Part shown: positions 18,813 through 28,742 of the stretch, piece by piece
Layout of the letters: each line of letters begins with the position of its first letter
Position numbering within the stretch: the first letter of the stretch is position 1
Assembly: GCA_964409645.1 (NCBI GenBank)
Contig: CAYPEK010000006.1
Span: 16,823 to 80,822 of the forward strand
Origin: an uncultured bacterium
GTDB lineage: Bacteria; UBP15; UBA6099
DNA: 64,000 nt
Direction: 5' to 3'
The notes under the pieces: model-generated
Told to the model about the DNA's origin: nothing
Database searches by the model: none
The model's input: the letters and a program-made list of their open reading frames with translations, nothing else
Program-made: the position numbers and the translations under genes

Positions 18813-19061
18813 GTGGGTACATTAATGCAAAATAAATACACCACTAAGCAAGTTGCAGACATGTTGAATATCGATAAGTCAACACTGCTTAGATGGATCC
18901 GGCAGAATAAAATCACGGACGTAGGGCACCGGGATGGTCGCAACTGGAGAGTATGGCTCCCGGAAGATGTGGAACAGGTTAAGCTCTATCATGAGAAAAT
19001 ACACCAACTGACGCTTAACCTCGACGATGAAAAAGCAAAAAGCTCGGATTCAGGCGACTGA
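18813..19061 (+). CDS. Small HTH DNA-binding protein (MerR/excisionase-type HTH_17-like)
   Basis: YTTKQVADMLNIDKSTLLRWIRQNKI is a classic excisionase/MerR-type HTH. The start could instead be the ATG at 18826 (MQNKY). Confidence 0.55.
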   Translation: MGTLMQNKYTTKQVADMLNIDKSTLLRWIRQNKITDVGHRDGRNWRVWLPEDVEQVKLYHEKIHQLTLNLDDEKAKSSDSGD

Positions 19062-19622
19062 TTGCCCAGTTCCACTCCGAAGCTTCGCTGAACTTTGAAA
19101 ATTGAATAGTAGTGGAAAGAAAATTAGCACTCAATTCAAAAAGACCTGTGCTAAGATACCATAATTCAGTATCGCTAAAGATCGCAAAGTATCACGGAGC
19201 GCCTTTAGAGATAAAAGGCAAAACGAACAGCCCAAAAGAAAAATAAAAATGACATTTAAAGGTTTTGAGGGTATAGAACATTAAAAAGAATAAAAAAAGG
19301 CTTTAAAAAGGAAATTCAACAAATATCTGTTTGAATAAAGGTAAATTTAAGCAAACAAATTTCGGCGAGAAGTCGGAGTTGACGACAAAAAAGCGACAAA
19401 AGCAGCAATTCTTGAGTGATAAACTCAAGTTCTGAACTTTGAAACATGGAATCGACAGAGAGCTTTTTTAAAGAACTGGCTCTTTTGTGGAGTGCGGCAT
19501 TCCAAAATTGGTACATCTTCGTCATATTTTCTGGGGCGAGAGTTGTACAGTTAAAAACGAAGCGTTTGAGGTAGTTTTACAAATATTAAAAAATATTGAT
19601 GAAAAAAAGTTGGAGGGGGATT

Positions 19623-20732
19623 ATGTCTGAAAATTTTAGCCCGGAAATTGACCGATTTGCTCGAATTAGAGTTATCGGTGTCGGAGGCGGCGGAAGCAAT
19701 GCTGTTGACCGGATGATCGAGATCGGTCTTCGCGGTGTTGATTTTATTATAGTCAATACCGACACGCAAGCCTTGGTATCATCCAAGGTGCGACACAAAA
19801 TTCAGGTCGGCCCGAAGACTACGAGCGGGCTCGGTGCCGGCGCGGATCCCGGTAAAGGCCTGATGGCCGCAAAAGAGAGCCGGCACGAAATCGAACAGGC
19901 TCTTGAAGGATCCGATATGGTTTTCATTACCGCCGGCATGGGCGGCGGGACGGGAACCGGCGCGGCGCCGATCATCGCGGAAGTCGCCAAGGAACTCGGC
20001 GCTCTGACTGTTGCGGTGATAACAAAACCGTTCTCGTTTGAGGGCAAACAGAGGAAGATGGTCGCCGAGGAAGGCGCTTCGGTTCTTAAAGGTAAGGTAG
20101 ATACCCTTATCACAGTGCCGAATGAAAGACTTCTCTCCGTGATCGACCCCGCGACGAGCGTGAAAGACGCCTTCAAAAAGGCGGACGACGTGCTCCGGCA
20201 GGGCGTGCAGGGCATTTCCGACATGATCTCCATTCCGGGAATGATAAATGTGGACTTCGCGGACATCTGCACGGTGATGCGCGAGACCGGCTCCGCTCTC
20301 ATAGGTATCGGCGAGGGAACCGGCGAGCACCGCGCGATGGAAGCGGCGGAGAAATCGATGAACTGCCCGCTGCTTGAGAAGCCGATCGACGGCGCTCAGG
20401 GACTGTTGATAAACATAACCGGCGGACGCGATATGACGCTCCACGAGGTCAATACCGCCGCCGAGATCATCAGCTCTAGAGCCGATGAAAACGCCAATAT
20501 CATTTTCGGCGCCGTGATCGACGAGAGCCTCGAAGGTGTGATTCGCGTGACGGTCGTCGCCACCGGATTCGACGCCACGTATGCCGCGCAGAACCCGATT
20601 ATCACCACCCACGACGAGCAACCGCAGGCTGCCCCTCAGCAGCAGCAACAGCGTGTGATTAAGGTTGCAGGGTCTTCGTATCGGGACGAGCTCGACATTC
20701 CATCGTTCCTGAGGTCTCAGCAAGGACAATAG
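19623..20732 (+). CDS. ftsZ: Cell division GTPase FtsZ
   Basis: [14 protein letters not shown] and the tubulin signature [13 protein letters not shown] are present, with a Gln-rich C-terminal linker and the conserved C-terminal peptide DIPSFLR. GGAGGGGGA sits 4 nt upstream of the ATG at 19623, and the gene stops at TAG. Confidence 0.95.
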   Translation: MSENFSPEIDRFARIRVIGVGGGGSNAVDRMIEIGLRGVDFIIVNTDTQALVSSKVRHKIQVGPKTTSGLGAGADPGKGLMAAKESRHEIEQALEGSDMVFITAGMGGGTGTGAAPIIAEVAKELGALTVAVITKPFSFEGKQRKMVAEEGASVLKGKVDTLITVPNERLLSVIDPATSVKDAFKKADDVLRQGVQGISDMISIPGMINVDFADICTVMRETGSALIGIGEGTGEHRAMEAAEKSMNCPLLEKPIDGAQGLLINITGGRDMTLHEVNTAAEIISSRADENANIIFGAVIDESLEGVIRVTVVATGFDATYAAQNPIITTHDEQPQAAPQQQQQRVIKVAGSSYRDELDIPSFLRSQQGQ

Positions 20733-21086
20733 TGCGCGTTTTGACGCGTTTTCAATTTTTCTCCTTCTCCTTTGCCGCCGCGTTCAACAAATGCGGCGGC
20801 CTTTGTTTTTTGTGGGTCTATCAATGAACTCGACAAAACACACCTGTTTATAACGTTTTTTAGATTTGGCCGTGATCTTTGTCCGCATAAAGCAAATTGC
20901 AACATTCGAATATTTTTTTTCGAATACAATTTGCTCGTTAAGACCATCTCATATAGATTAGTCGCTTTAAATTTTGTCAAAATATAGTGTGTTTTTTAAT
21001 TCAAAAACAAAAATTGACTCTTTTTTGTTGTTGAGCCGCTTGATTTTTTACATGGGGTAATGTTTAATGACTAATGGAACCCAGTT

Positions 21087-21428
21087 ATGAATATTAAAAT
21101 GAAAATCTGGCTTGAAAAGGATGGCCAGAACTTTATGGGGGAAGGCCGTATTGTCCTTTTGCGGGCAATCGAAGAGACCGGATCGATCAACGGCGCGTCG
21201 GAAAAGCTTAAGATTTCTTTCCGACACGCGTGGGGCCAGATCAAGAAATTAGAAAAAAGACTTGGGATCAGGCTGATCGAGCCGCAGGTCGGCGGCAAAG
21301 GCGGCGGCGGTTCGAAGCTGACCAAGGAAGCGAAAGACCTTTTGGCGGAATTCGAGGCGGTCAGCGAGGATTTACATTCTTATCTTGAAGTCAGGCAAAG
21401 CAAAACGAAACTACTCAAAAAACTTTAA
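21087..21428 (+). CDS. ModE-N-terminal-like / LysR-type wHTH regulator with a Gly-rich linker
   Basis: GRIVLLRAIEETGSINGASEKLKISFRHAWGQIKKLEKRLGIRLIE resembles ModE or the LysR HTH_1 domain, followed by GGKGGGGSKLT. Confidence 0.65.
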   Translation: MNIKMKIWLEKDGQNFMGEGRIVLLRAIEETGSINGASEKLKISFRHAWGQIKKLEKRLGIRLIEPQVGGKGGGGSKLTKEAKDLLAEFEAVSEDLHSYLEVRQSKTKLLKKL

Positions 21429-21578
21429 GTGTTTATAGAAAATACTTTCTGAACAATCTCATTATTCAATTCGACAATATCTATCTCAATTGAAATCAAT
21501 AAATCATTGTGGTAAATTTACAATTCCGGCCGCAGATGTCCGGAGGCCGGAAAATCTATCGACTTGGTGATGTGGGCT

Positions 21579-24059
21579 ATGAGAGAGTACGATTTCGAGA
21601 ATTTTGAGTCAAAGTGGAGAAAACGCTGGGAAGAATCGGGGCAACATACATGCAAGAACGACGATCCCAGACCGAAGTATTATTGTTTGGATATGTTCCC
21701 CTACCCGTCCGGGAGCGGCCTGCACGTCGGCCACTGGCGCGGGTACGTTTTGTCGGATGTATGGACGAGATACAAAACACTTCAAGGGCATAACGTTCTG
21801 CACCCGATGGGCTGGGATGCTTTCGGACTTCCCGCCGAGAATGACGCGATCAAGAAAAAGATACATCCCCGTATAAACACAGAAAAAAATATAGATAATA
21901 TCCGCCGGCAGCTTAAAGAGATCGGCGCAATGTACAACTGGGAACGCGAGTTCAGCACGACCGACCCGGAATATTTCAAATGGACGCAGTGGATTTTCGT
22001 AAATATGTTCAAGAAGGGTCTCGCGTACAAAAAGGAAATGCCGATCAATTGGTGCCCGTCGTGCAAGACCGGCGTTGCGAACGAAGAGGTCGTAAACGGC
22101 GCTTGCGAGCGGTGCGGCGCGGAAGTATCGAAGAAACACCTGAATCAGTGGATGCTGAAGATAACCGAGTACGCGGAACGGCTTCTGAACGATCTGGACA
22201 AGCTCGACTGGCCGGAACAGGTGAAGCTGCTGCAACGCAACTGGATCGGGCGGAGCGAGGGAGCGGATGTTGTTTTCAAAGCGATCAGCGCACGGGACGG
22301 TTCCGAGCAGGACTTCACGGTTTATACGACGCGGCCGGACACGCTGTTCGGGGCGACATACGTTGTGTTTGCGCCGGAGCATCCGATGGTGCAGGAAATC
22401 TGTGACCCGGCGAAGCTACAGGAGATAAAGGATTACATCGAGCAGTCGGCGAAGCAGACGGACATCGACCGGACGAACGCCAAGAAAGACAAGACGGGCG
22501 TTTTCATCGGCGCGTACGCAATCAACCCGGTGAACGGCGTGAAAGTCCCGATCTGGATTTCAGACTACGTTTTGATGGGATACGGAACGGGCGCGATTAT
22601 GGCGGTGCCGGCGCACGATGAGCGCGACTTCGAGTTCGCGACGAAGTTCAGCATCCCGATCATCGAGGTCATTTACAGCGATCAGGCGAAGCGGAACGCG
22701 GACGGGACGCTCGTCGAGGCGCATATCATCGACGGCAAGCTGATAAATTCCGGCGACTTCGACGGGATGGACTGGCAAGCTGCGAAGGAGAAGATCACGG
22801 CGATGCTTGCGGCGAAAGGCCGCGGGCGGAAAACCGTAAATTATAAGATGCGGGACTGGGTTTATTCGAGGCAGCGCTATTGGGGCGAGCCGATCCCGCT
22901 GGTCAACTGCGAGAAGTGCGGCTGGGTTGCGATCCCCGAAGAGCAACTTCCGGTGCTGCTCCCCGAGGTGGAGTCTTACGAGCCGACGGGCACGGGCGAG
23001 TCGCCTCTTGCGGCGATCACGAATTGGGTGAACACGACTTGTCCGGAGTGCGGCGGCCCGGCGAAGCGGGAGACGGACACGATGCCGCAGTGGGCGGGTT
23101 CGTCGTGGTATTTCCTGCGCTACCCGGATCCGAAGTGCGCGACGGGCATCGCGGACCCGGAGATTCTGCACAAATGGATGCCGGTTGACCTTTACGTGGG
23201 CGGCATCGAGCATGCGATTCTCCACTTGCTGTACTCGCGCTTCTTTGTAAAGTTCCTGTTCGACATCGGAGCGGTGAAATTCGACGAGCCGTTCTCGCGG
23301 CTGTTCAATCAAGGTATGATCTGCCGGTTTTCGGAGAAGACGGAGAAGGTCGAAAAGATGTCGAAGTCGAAGGGCAATGTAGTGAGCCCGGACGACATTG
23401 TGAAGGATTACGGTACGGACACGCTGCGGTTGTACGAGTTGTTCGTGGGGCCGCCGGAGATGGAATCCGAATGGAGCGACCGGAGCATCGAGGGTATTTT
23501 CCGGTTCCTGAAACGGGCGTGGAAATGGGTGTTCGAAGCAAAAGAGAAAGCAGGCGCGGCGGACGACGCGGAGATGCTGCGGCAGCGGCACATTCTGATA
23601 AAGAACTGCACGGAACGACTGGAGTCGTTCCGGTTCAACACGATAATCAGCGCGCTGATGGAGTTTGTGAATTTCGCGACTGAAGAGAAAAACGCGGGCC
23701 TTGCGGTTTCGCGCGAGACGATCGAGGCGTTCCTGATAATGATCTCGCCTCTGGCGCCTCATTTCGCGGAGGAGTTGTGGCGGGAACTGGGCGGAAACGA
23801 AACGATTTTCCGGTCGAAATGGCCGCCGTTCTCTGAAGAGCTGACGAAGGCGGGCGAATGGACGGTCGTGGTGCAGGTCAGCGGCAAGGTGCGCGGGAGA
23901 TTCGACGTTGCGACGGAAACGCCGGAAGCCGAGATCGAGAAGCTGGCCCTCGCGGATGATAAGGTTGCGAAGTGGCTCGAAGGCAAGCAGGTGATGAAGG
24001 TGATCGTTAAGATTAACCCGAAATCGAACTCGGCGCTTGTGAATGTGGTTGCTAAATAA
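21579..24059 (+). CDS. leuS: Leucyl-tRNA synthetase
   Basis: HVGH (HIGH motif: PYPSGSGLHVGHWRGY) and KMSKS (VEKMSKSKGN) are present. The CP1 editing domain and the Zn motif (CPSCKTGVANEEVVNGACERCG) are recognisable, consistent with the 827-aa length from the ATG at 21579. Confidence 0.95.
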   Translation: MREYDFENFESKWRKRWEESGQHTCKNDDPRPKYYCLDMFPYPSGSGLHVGHWRGYVLSDVWTRYKTLQGHNVLHPMGWDAFGLPAENDAIKKKIHPRINTEKNIDNIRRQLKEIGAMYNWEREFSTTDPEYFKWTQWIFVNMFKKGLAYKKEMPINWCPSCKTGVANEEVVNGACERCGAEVSKKHLNQWMLKITEYAERLLNDLDKLDWPEQVKLLQRNWIGRSEGADVVFKAISARDGSEQDFTVYTTRPDTLFGATYVVFAPEHPMVQEICDPAKLQEIKDYIEQSAKQTDIDRTNAKKDKTGVFIGAYAINPVNGVKVPIWISDYVLMGYGTGAIMAVPAHDERDFEFATKFSIPIIEVIYSDQAKRNADGTLVEAHIIDGKLINSGDFDGMDWQAAKEKITAMLAAKGRGRKTVNYKMRDWVYSRQRYWGEPIPLVNCEKCGWVAIPEEQLPVLLPEVESYEPTGTGESPLAAITNWVNTTCPECGGPAKRETDTMPQWAGSSWYFLRYPDPKCATGIADPEILHKWMPVDLYVGGIEHAILHLLYSRFFVKFLFDIGAVKFDEPFSRLFNQGMICRFSEKTEKVEKMSKSKGNVVSPDDIVKDYGTDTLRLYELFVGPPEMESEWSDRSIEGIFRFLKRAWKWVFEAKEKAGAADDAEMLRQRHILIKNCTERLESFRFNTIISALMEFVNFATEEKNAGLAVSRETIEAFLIMISPLAPHFAEELWRELGGNETIFRSKWPPFSEELTKAGEWTVVVQVSGKVRGRFDVATETPEAEIEKLALADDKVAKWLEGKQVMKVIVKINPKSNSALVNVVAK

Positions 24060-24107
24060 CAAATAAAGCCGGCGGGCCGGCCGCGGCGCAAAGGAGATTC
24101 ATCTCAG

Positions 24108-25967
24108 ATGGCGGAACAGAAGAAAAAAATCTCTCTCGGTTACGCATGGTACGCGCTGTTTGTCATGTTCATGATAAACATGTTCAACTATGTCGATCGG
24201 CTGAGCCTCGGGCCGGCGATGGAGCACCTCAAGAGATACTTCGATGTGACGGATACAAAGATGGGCCTGATCCTCGGCGCGTTCACATTTGTATATGCGA
24301 TCATATCGCTGCCAATGGGGTTCCTGTCCGACCGCGGGAAGCGGACTTTTTTCGTCGGCCTCGGCGCGTTCGTGTGGAGCATAGCGGCGACCACATCGGG
24401 CTTTTGCAAAACATTCACGGGCTTTTTCGCGGCGCGTGCGGCGGTGGGGAGCGGCGAAGGAATTTATGCGCCGACGGGATCAGCGATCATAGCCGATTAT
24501 TTTCCGAGGGACAAACGCGCAACAGCAATCTCCATATTCATGTCGGCGATGCTGCTGGGTGGTGCGTTGGCACTCGTAGTAGCGGGCATGATAATCGACA
24601 AAACGGATAAGTTTGACCTGAGCAGGACCGCGAAACTCGTTCCGTATGAAAAAGGCGCGACGGTCGAAGGCTGGACATACGAGGGACAGATACAGACGCG
24701 CGACAGACATGTGTCATACGATTTCAAGAACGGAGCGGATACTTTGTCCGTCGTTTTGTCCAAACCGGATCTGAAAAAGAAGTCGGATGCATATACGAAA
24801 CTTTTCAATGTGGATTTTCGACTGAACGGAACTGCAGAACCTCAGGATGAGCAAAAAAAAGTTGCTGAATCGATAGTCAATCAGATCAGAGATCATGAGG
24901 ATGATGATTTTTCGACAATAAAAGCTGATATTAAAGACGATAAAAAAAGCCTTCTGTGCAAACTTTTTCCCACCTTATGTACATCAACCGGCAACATTGT
25001 AATTCCAAAAGAATATGCCGACAGACTGACGTACGACAAAGAGAAAAAAGAACTGGCATTTAAAGGAATTATGACTGTTAAGGATAAGAAAATCCTTAGA
25101 AACCTGTCCGACAACCCGAAATACCAGAATGCGCTTGTAGAGATATACAACTACTCGGCGTTCTACTATCGGCGGTCGGATAACTGGAAATGGATTTTCT
25201 GGATTCTAGGGCCTCCGGGGATTCTATTCGCGATTCTGGCGTTCGCGCTCAGAGAGCCTGTAAAAGGCGGCACCGAGGACTACCTGACGGAAGAGCAGGC
25301 GCTGAAAGTGGATGCGAAGGGAAGTATTGATTACTCGCCGCTCTGGAAGACTCCGTCGCTGGTGATAATGATGCTGTCGAACGTGATATTCACGGCGGCG
25401 GTCGGCGGGCTGAACATGTGGCTGTTCCCGTTCATTGAGCGATACAAAGATATGGAGTCAGCAACTGCCGCGATGAAGATCGGGCCAATCGTAATTGTGT
25501 CGATGGTCGTGGGCGTCATCCTCAGCGGAATCGTCTCCGACAAAATGTTCAAGAAGTCTAAACGGGCTTACAACTACATTCTGTTCGTCTGCATAACGCT
25601 GTCGATCCCGTTCCTTTACATTTTCGTGATGACGTTGAACTACTACGCGCTCATTGCGTCGGTGACGCTCGGAATGTTTCTGCTTTCATGGGTGAACGGC
25701 CCGCAGAACACGCTGCTCGTGTCGGTTGTCGATCCGAAACTTCGCGCCACGATGAACGCGGTGCATATCGTACTGATACACTGCCTAGGCGATGGCCCCT
25801 CGCCCATCATCATCGGCGCTCTCTCGGACAAATTCAGCCTGAAGTTCGCGTTCATGCTGCTGCCGATCGCGCTGTTCATCGGCGGGCTCGGGTTCCTGAT
25901 CGCGGGATATTTCGTGCCTAAGGACCTGCAGAAGCTTGAAGACAGGATGAAAAAGCAGGTAGCGTAA
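24108..25967 (+). CDS. MFS transporter with a roughly 190-aa low-GC insertion in the central cytoplasmic loop
   Basis: 12-TM MFS organisation is visible, with motif A-like GFLSDRGKR. Residues about 170-360 are hydrophilic and Lys/Asp-rich, and their DNA is about 40% GC versus about 60% for the rest of the gene. Confidence 0.85.
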   Translation: MAEQKKKISLGYAWYALFVMFMINMFNYVDRLSLGPAMEHLKRYFDVTDTKMGLILGAFTFVYAIISLPMGFLSDRGKRTFFVGLGAFVWSIAATTSGFCKTFTGFFAARAAVGSGEGIYAPTGSAIIADYFPRDKRATAISIFMSAMLLGGALALVVAGMIIDKTDKFDLSRTAKLVPYEKGATVEGWTYEGQIQTRDRHVSYDFKNGADTLSVVLSKPDLKKKSDAYTKLFNVDFRLNGTAEPQDEQKKVAESIVNQIRDHEDDDFSTIKADIKDDKKSLLCKLFPTLCTSTGNIVIPKEYADRLTYDKEKKELAFKGIMTVKDKKILRNLSDNPKYQNALVEIYNYSAFYYRRSDNWKWIFWILGPPGILFAILAFALREPVKGGTEDYLTEEQALKVDAKGSIDYSPLWKTPSLVIMMLSNVIFTAAVGGLNMWLFPFIERYKDMESATAAMKIGPIVIVSMVVGVILSGIVSDKMFKKSKRAYNYILFVCITLSIPFLYIFVMTLNYYALIASVTLGMFLLSWVNGPQNTLLVSVVDPKLRATMNAVHIVLIHCLGDGPSPIIIGALSDKFSLKFAFMLLPIALFIGGLGFLIAGYFVPKDLQKLEDRMKKQVA

Positions 25968-26002
25968 TCGGTTAAACCGAACTAAAAGAAATCAAATAAA
26001 AC

Positions 26003-26030
26003 GCGCGGTCTCACGGCCGCGCTTTTTTTT
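26003..26030 (+). terminator. Rho-independent terminator of the MFS gene
   Basis: The 8-bp stem GCGCGGTC-tcac-GGCCGCGC is followed by TTTTTTTT. Confidence 0.6.
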
Positions 26031-26042
26031 GCTGACGAAGCA

Positions 26043-26285
26043 CCCTCAAACAAGTTCCTGATTATACTCAATTTTCCGCTACCGTGTGAAAAAGGGTGTC
26101 AGGCCATGAATTGGGAATTGAGATTCCGAAAGTATCGAGAGTTTTTCGCCAATCAAATATATATATGAGCCAACAATCCTTTTCCCGATGCTTCTCAATT
26201 CCCAATTCACGGCCTGACACCAAAGTACAGTCAAAGAAATCAATACCTGCGGAGAATCAGGCATAATCAGGAACAAGTTCGAGGA
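26043..26285. repeat. 243-bp nested inverted-repeat element (MITE-like or structured RNA) between convergent genes
   Basis: The inner 29-bp inverted repeat is GGTGTCAGGCC(A/G)TGAATTGGGAATTGAGA (26095-26123, with its reverse complement at 26193-26221), separated by a 69-nt loop. The outer imperfect inverted repeat is CCTCAAACAAGTTCCTGATTAT (26043-26064) against ATAATCAGGAACAAGTTCGAGG (26264-26285). Confidence 0.5.
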
Positions 26286-26318
26286 TGGCACAAAATTTAA
26301 ACCGACACTATTATCGCG

Positions 26319-27062
26319 TCAGTCCTGTTTTTTCTCCTCCGCGAGTTTGGCGAGTCTGCCGTCCCAATACCTGTTCGCTTCGCTGATGTAGAGGTCGTGA
26401 GGGACGAGCGGCCTGTCGAGCGCCGCTTTCGTTTCGTCCGAAAGAGCGCCGTTTTCAACCACCTCGCGACCGGCTTTTTCCACTATTTTCAGGTATGCAT
26501 CGATGATCGGGCCGAGCGGCGTATTCTCCATGTTTTTCATCAGGATGCCCCCTCCCCTGTAAATCTCCGCGAGCACTTTGCCGTGAATCTGCCGCGCGAT
26601 CCTGTGGAACGAGAGACTTATGACCTGAAAATGGGACTGCTCAGGATAGCCGCAAGTCGATATGACAACGAAGCGTAGTTCTTTATCTCCCTTTTTTACA
26701 TGCCGCGACTCGCCGAGTTCGTCTTTTTCGATGTGGCAGTCCGCGGTGGGCGTCAGGCGGTCTAGAAAGTTCTTCATGACGCCGCTCACATTGTCGAGAT
26801 AGACCGGCGTGGCAAATACCGCGATGTCTGATTCGAGAGCCTTGTCGAGCAGTTCTTTCATGTCGTCCTTGATCGCGCAGATGCCGGGAGTTTTCGCCCA
26901 GCAGGACATGCAGGCAATGCACGGCTTGATGTTTTTGCGCGCGAGGAAGACAGATTCGACGTCGGCGCCGGCGGTTTGCGCTCCTTTTGCAAACGCGTCA
27001 ACGACTACCTGCGTGTTTCCGCTTCCCGCGTGAGGGCTTGAGTTGAATACGGTTATTTTCAT
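26319..27062 (-). CDS. Flavodoxin-like fold / NADPH-dependent FMN reductase family protein (possible iron-sulfur flavoprotein)
   Basis: MKITVFNSSPHAGSGNTQ...FATPVYLDNVSGVMKNFLDR is a flavodoxin-like FMN-binding loop pattern, with Cys pairs CIACMSC. Confidence 0.8.
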   Translation of the reverse strand: MKITVFNSSPHAGSGNTQVVVDAFAKGAQTAGADVESVFLARKNIKPCIACMSCWAKTPGICAIKDDMKELLDKALESDIAVFATPVYLDNVSGVMKNFLDRLTPTADCHIEKDELGESRHVKKGDKELRFVVISTCGYPEQSHFQVISLSFHRIARQIHGKVLAEIYRGGGILMKNMENTPLGPIIDAYLKIVEKAGREVVENGALSDETKAALDRPLVPHDLYISEANRYWDGRLAKLAEEKKQD

Positions 27063-27312
27063 TGATCGCTCCTGTCAGATATGTTGAGAAAGATTGTACC
27101 ACAAAGTAGTCATGCCGCGCTTGCTTGTGCTGAGTAAAATCATCAGGAACTCCTTCAAACAAACTCGATGACGGCACAGAATTCGTGGATAGCCGCAAAA
27201 TGGAATGAAAAGGCATTTTATTGCATTTTCCGGATTCGTGATTATTTATATTCTATAGTTATCATTAACCGGAGAGCGCGGCGGCGGACACGCTGTGCCG
27301 CGCGGCGAGACA

Positions 27313-28742
27313 GTTTGAAAATAAGATTCGTTCACATACCGAAAAAGATATACCGGCGAGGCAAGCTCGCGGGATATTTCATAACGATCATGCCGCTGGG
27401 ACTGCTGCCGATGGCGGAGATACTGAAGCGAGACGGTCACGACGTCGAGATCGCGCACGCCGGAAACGAGGAGCAGTTCGACGCCGGATTCAGCGTGGAG
27501 AAATATGTGGAGGACGAAGGCGCGGAGCTTGTGTGCCTGCCGCTGCACTGGCACCAGCAGACGTACGAGGTGCGTGAGGCGCTGAAGAGGATCAAGGTTC
27601 GCACGCCGAAAGTGAAAACCGTTCTCGGCGGGCTGACCGCGTCGTGGTTTGCCGCCGACATAATCAATGAATGGCCGGAAGCGGATTACGTGATCCGTGG
27701 CGAGGGCGAGAAGCCGCTGAAGGAACTCGCGGAGGCGCTCGCGGAGGGAAAGAAGGATTTGAGCGGCGTTCCGAACCTCGTGTGGCGAAAGAGAGGCCGG
27801 ACGACAGAGAACAAGGAGATATACGTCGCGGGGCCGGGCGATCTCGCGGAACTGGTATTCACGGACAGGTCGCTGATACGCAACCATGAGAAATACACGG
27901 CGCACTATTACTCTAACCCGGAGAAGGAAAAAACGGGCGAGTCGTTCCACCACCCGCTGCACTATCTCTACATAGGGCGCGGATGCACGGCGGACTGCGC
28001 ATTCTGCGGAGGCGGCGTCGGAGCGCACAAGCTGATAGCGAACCGGGACGGAGCAATCTTCCGCGATCCCGACGCCGTTTACGAAGACATTAAGACAACG
28101 TACGAGAAATACGGGATAACCGATTTTTACGCGTGCTTCAATCCACCGGGAACGGACAACGGTTATTTCACGCGCCTCTTCGACAGGATCGGTCGCTCCG
28201 GGATGGACGTCTCGATGGTTTTCGAATATTACAACGGCGTGCCGGATGAGGCGTTCATTGAAGCATTCGCATCCGCGTTCAATAAGTCGGAATCACGGAT
28301 AGCGTTTTCGCCGACGTCGTTCAGCGATGAGTGGCGGCCTTGTTTTTATCCGCCGGGGATAACAGACACGGAGCTTGAGACGGCAGTGAAAAACATCTCG
28401 AAGCATGGGATTCAAACGCTCCTCTACTATGCGCTTCTGCCGAGCGAAACGGAGGGCGACATCCACGACGGATTGAGTCACGCGATGGATTTGCGAAAGA
28501 GACACGCGTCCACGATGAGGATATTCCCAATCGAGATGGAACCGGCGTCGCCGTGGTCGCTCGCGCCGAAGAAATACGGCATTTCGCTGAAACGCAAAAC
28601 GCTCGCGGACTATCTCGAACATCACGCGCGGGGCACGGACGGATTCGCGAAGTCGGACCTCGGATACTCATTCCCCGGCTTCGGGTCGAGCAAGCAGGTG
28701 TTCGACCTGCTGGCGAGATTCACCACCCGGCTGTACGAATGA
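27313..28742 (+). CDS. B12-binding domain radical SAM protein (class B radical SAM)
   Basis: The N-terminal Rossmann-like B12-binding region is IMPLGLLPMAEILKRDGHDVEI. The radical SAM cluster motif is GRGCTADCAFCGG (CxxxCxxC). The likely start is TTG at 27313 (LKIRFVHIP...), because no ATG precedes the B12 domain. Confidence 0.75.

Noticed and set aside
12050-21578. tRNA or other structured RNA genes in the larger intergenic gaps (12050-12355, 17157-17333, 18474-18812, 19062-19622, 20733-21086, 21429-21578)
   Set aside because: No cloverleaf-compatible segments with GTTC/TTCGA T-arm signatures were found by eye. The T-box leader consensus is absent upstream of leuS.
21609-24062. 257-aa and 500-aa minus-strand ORFs inside leuS
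   Set aside because: They are antisense shadow ORFs with Arg/Leu/His-rich composition. leuS on the plus strand is unambiguous.
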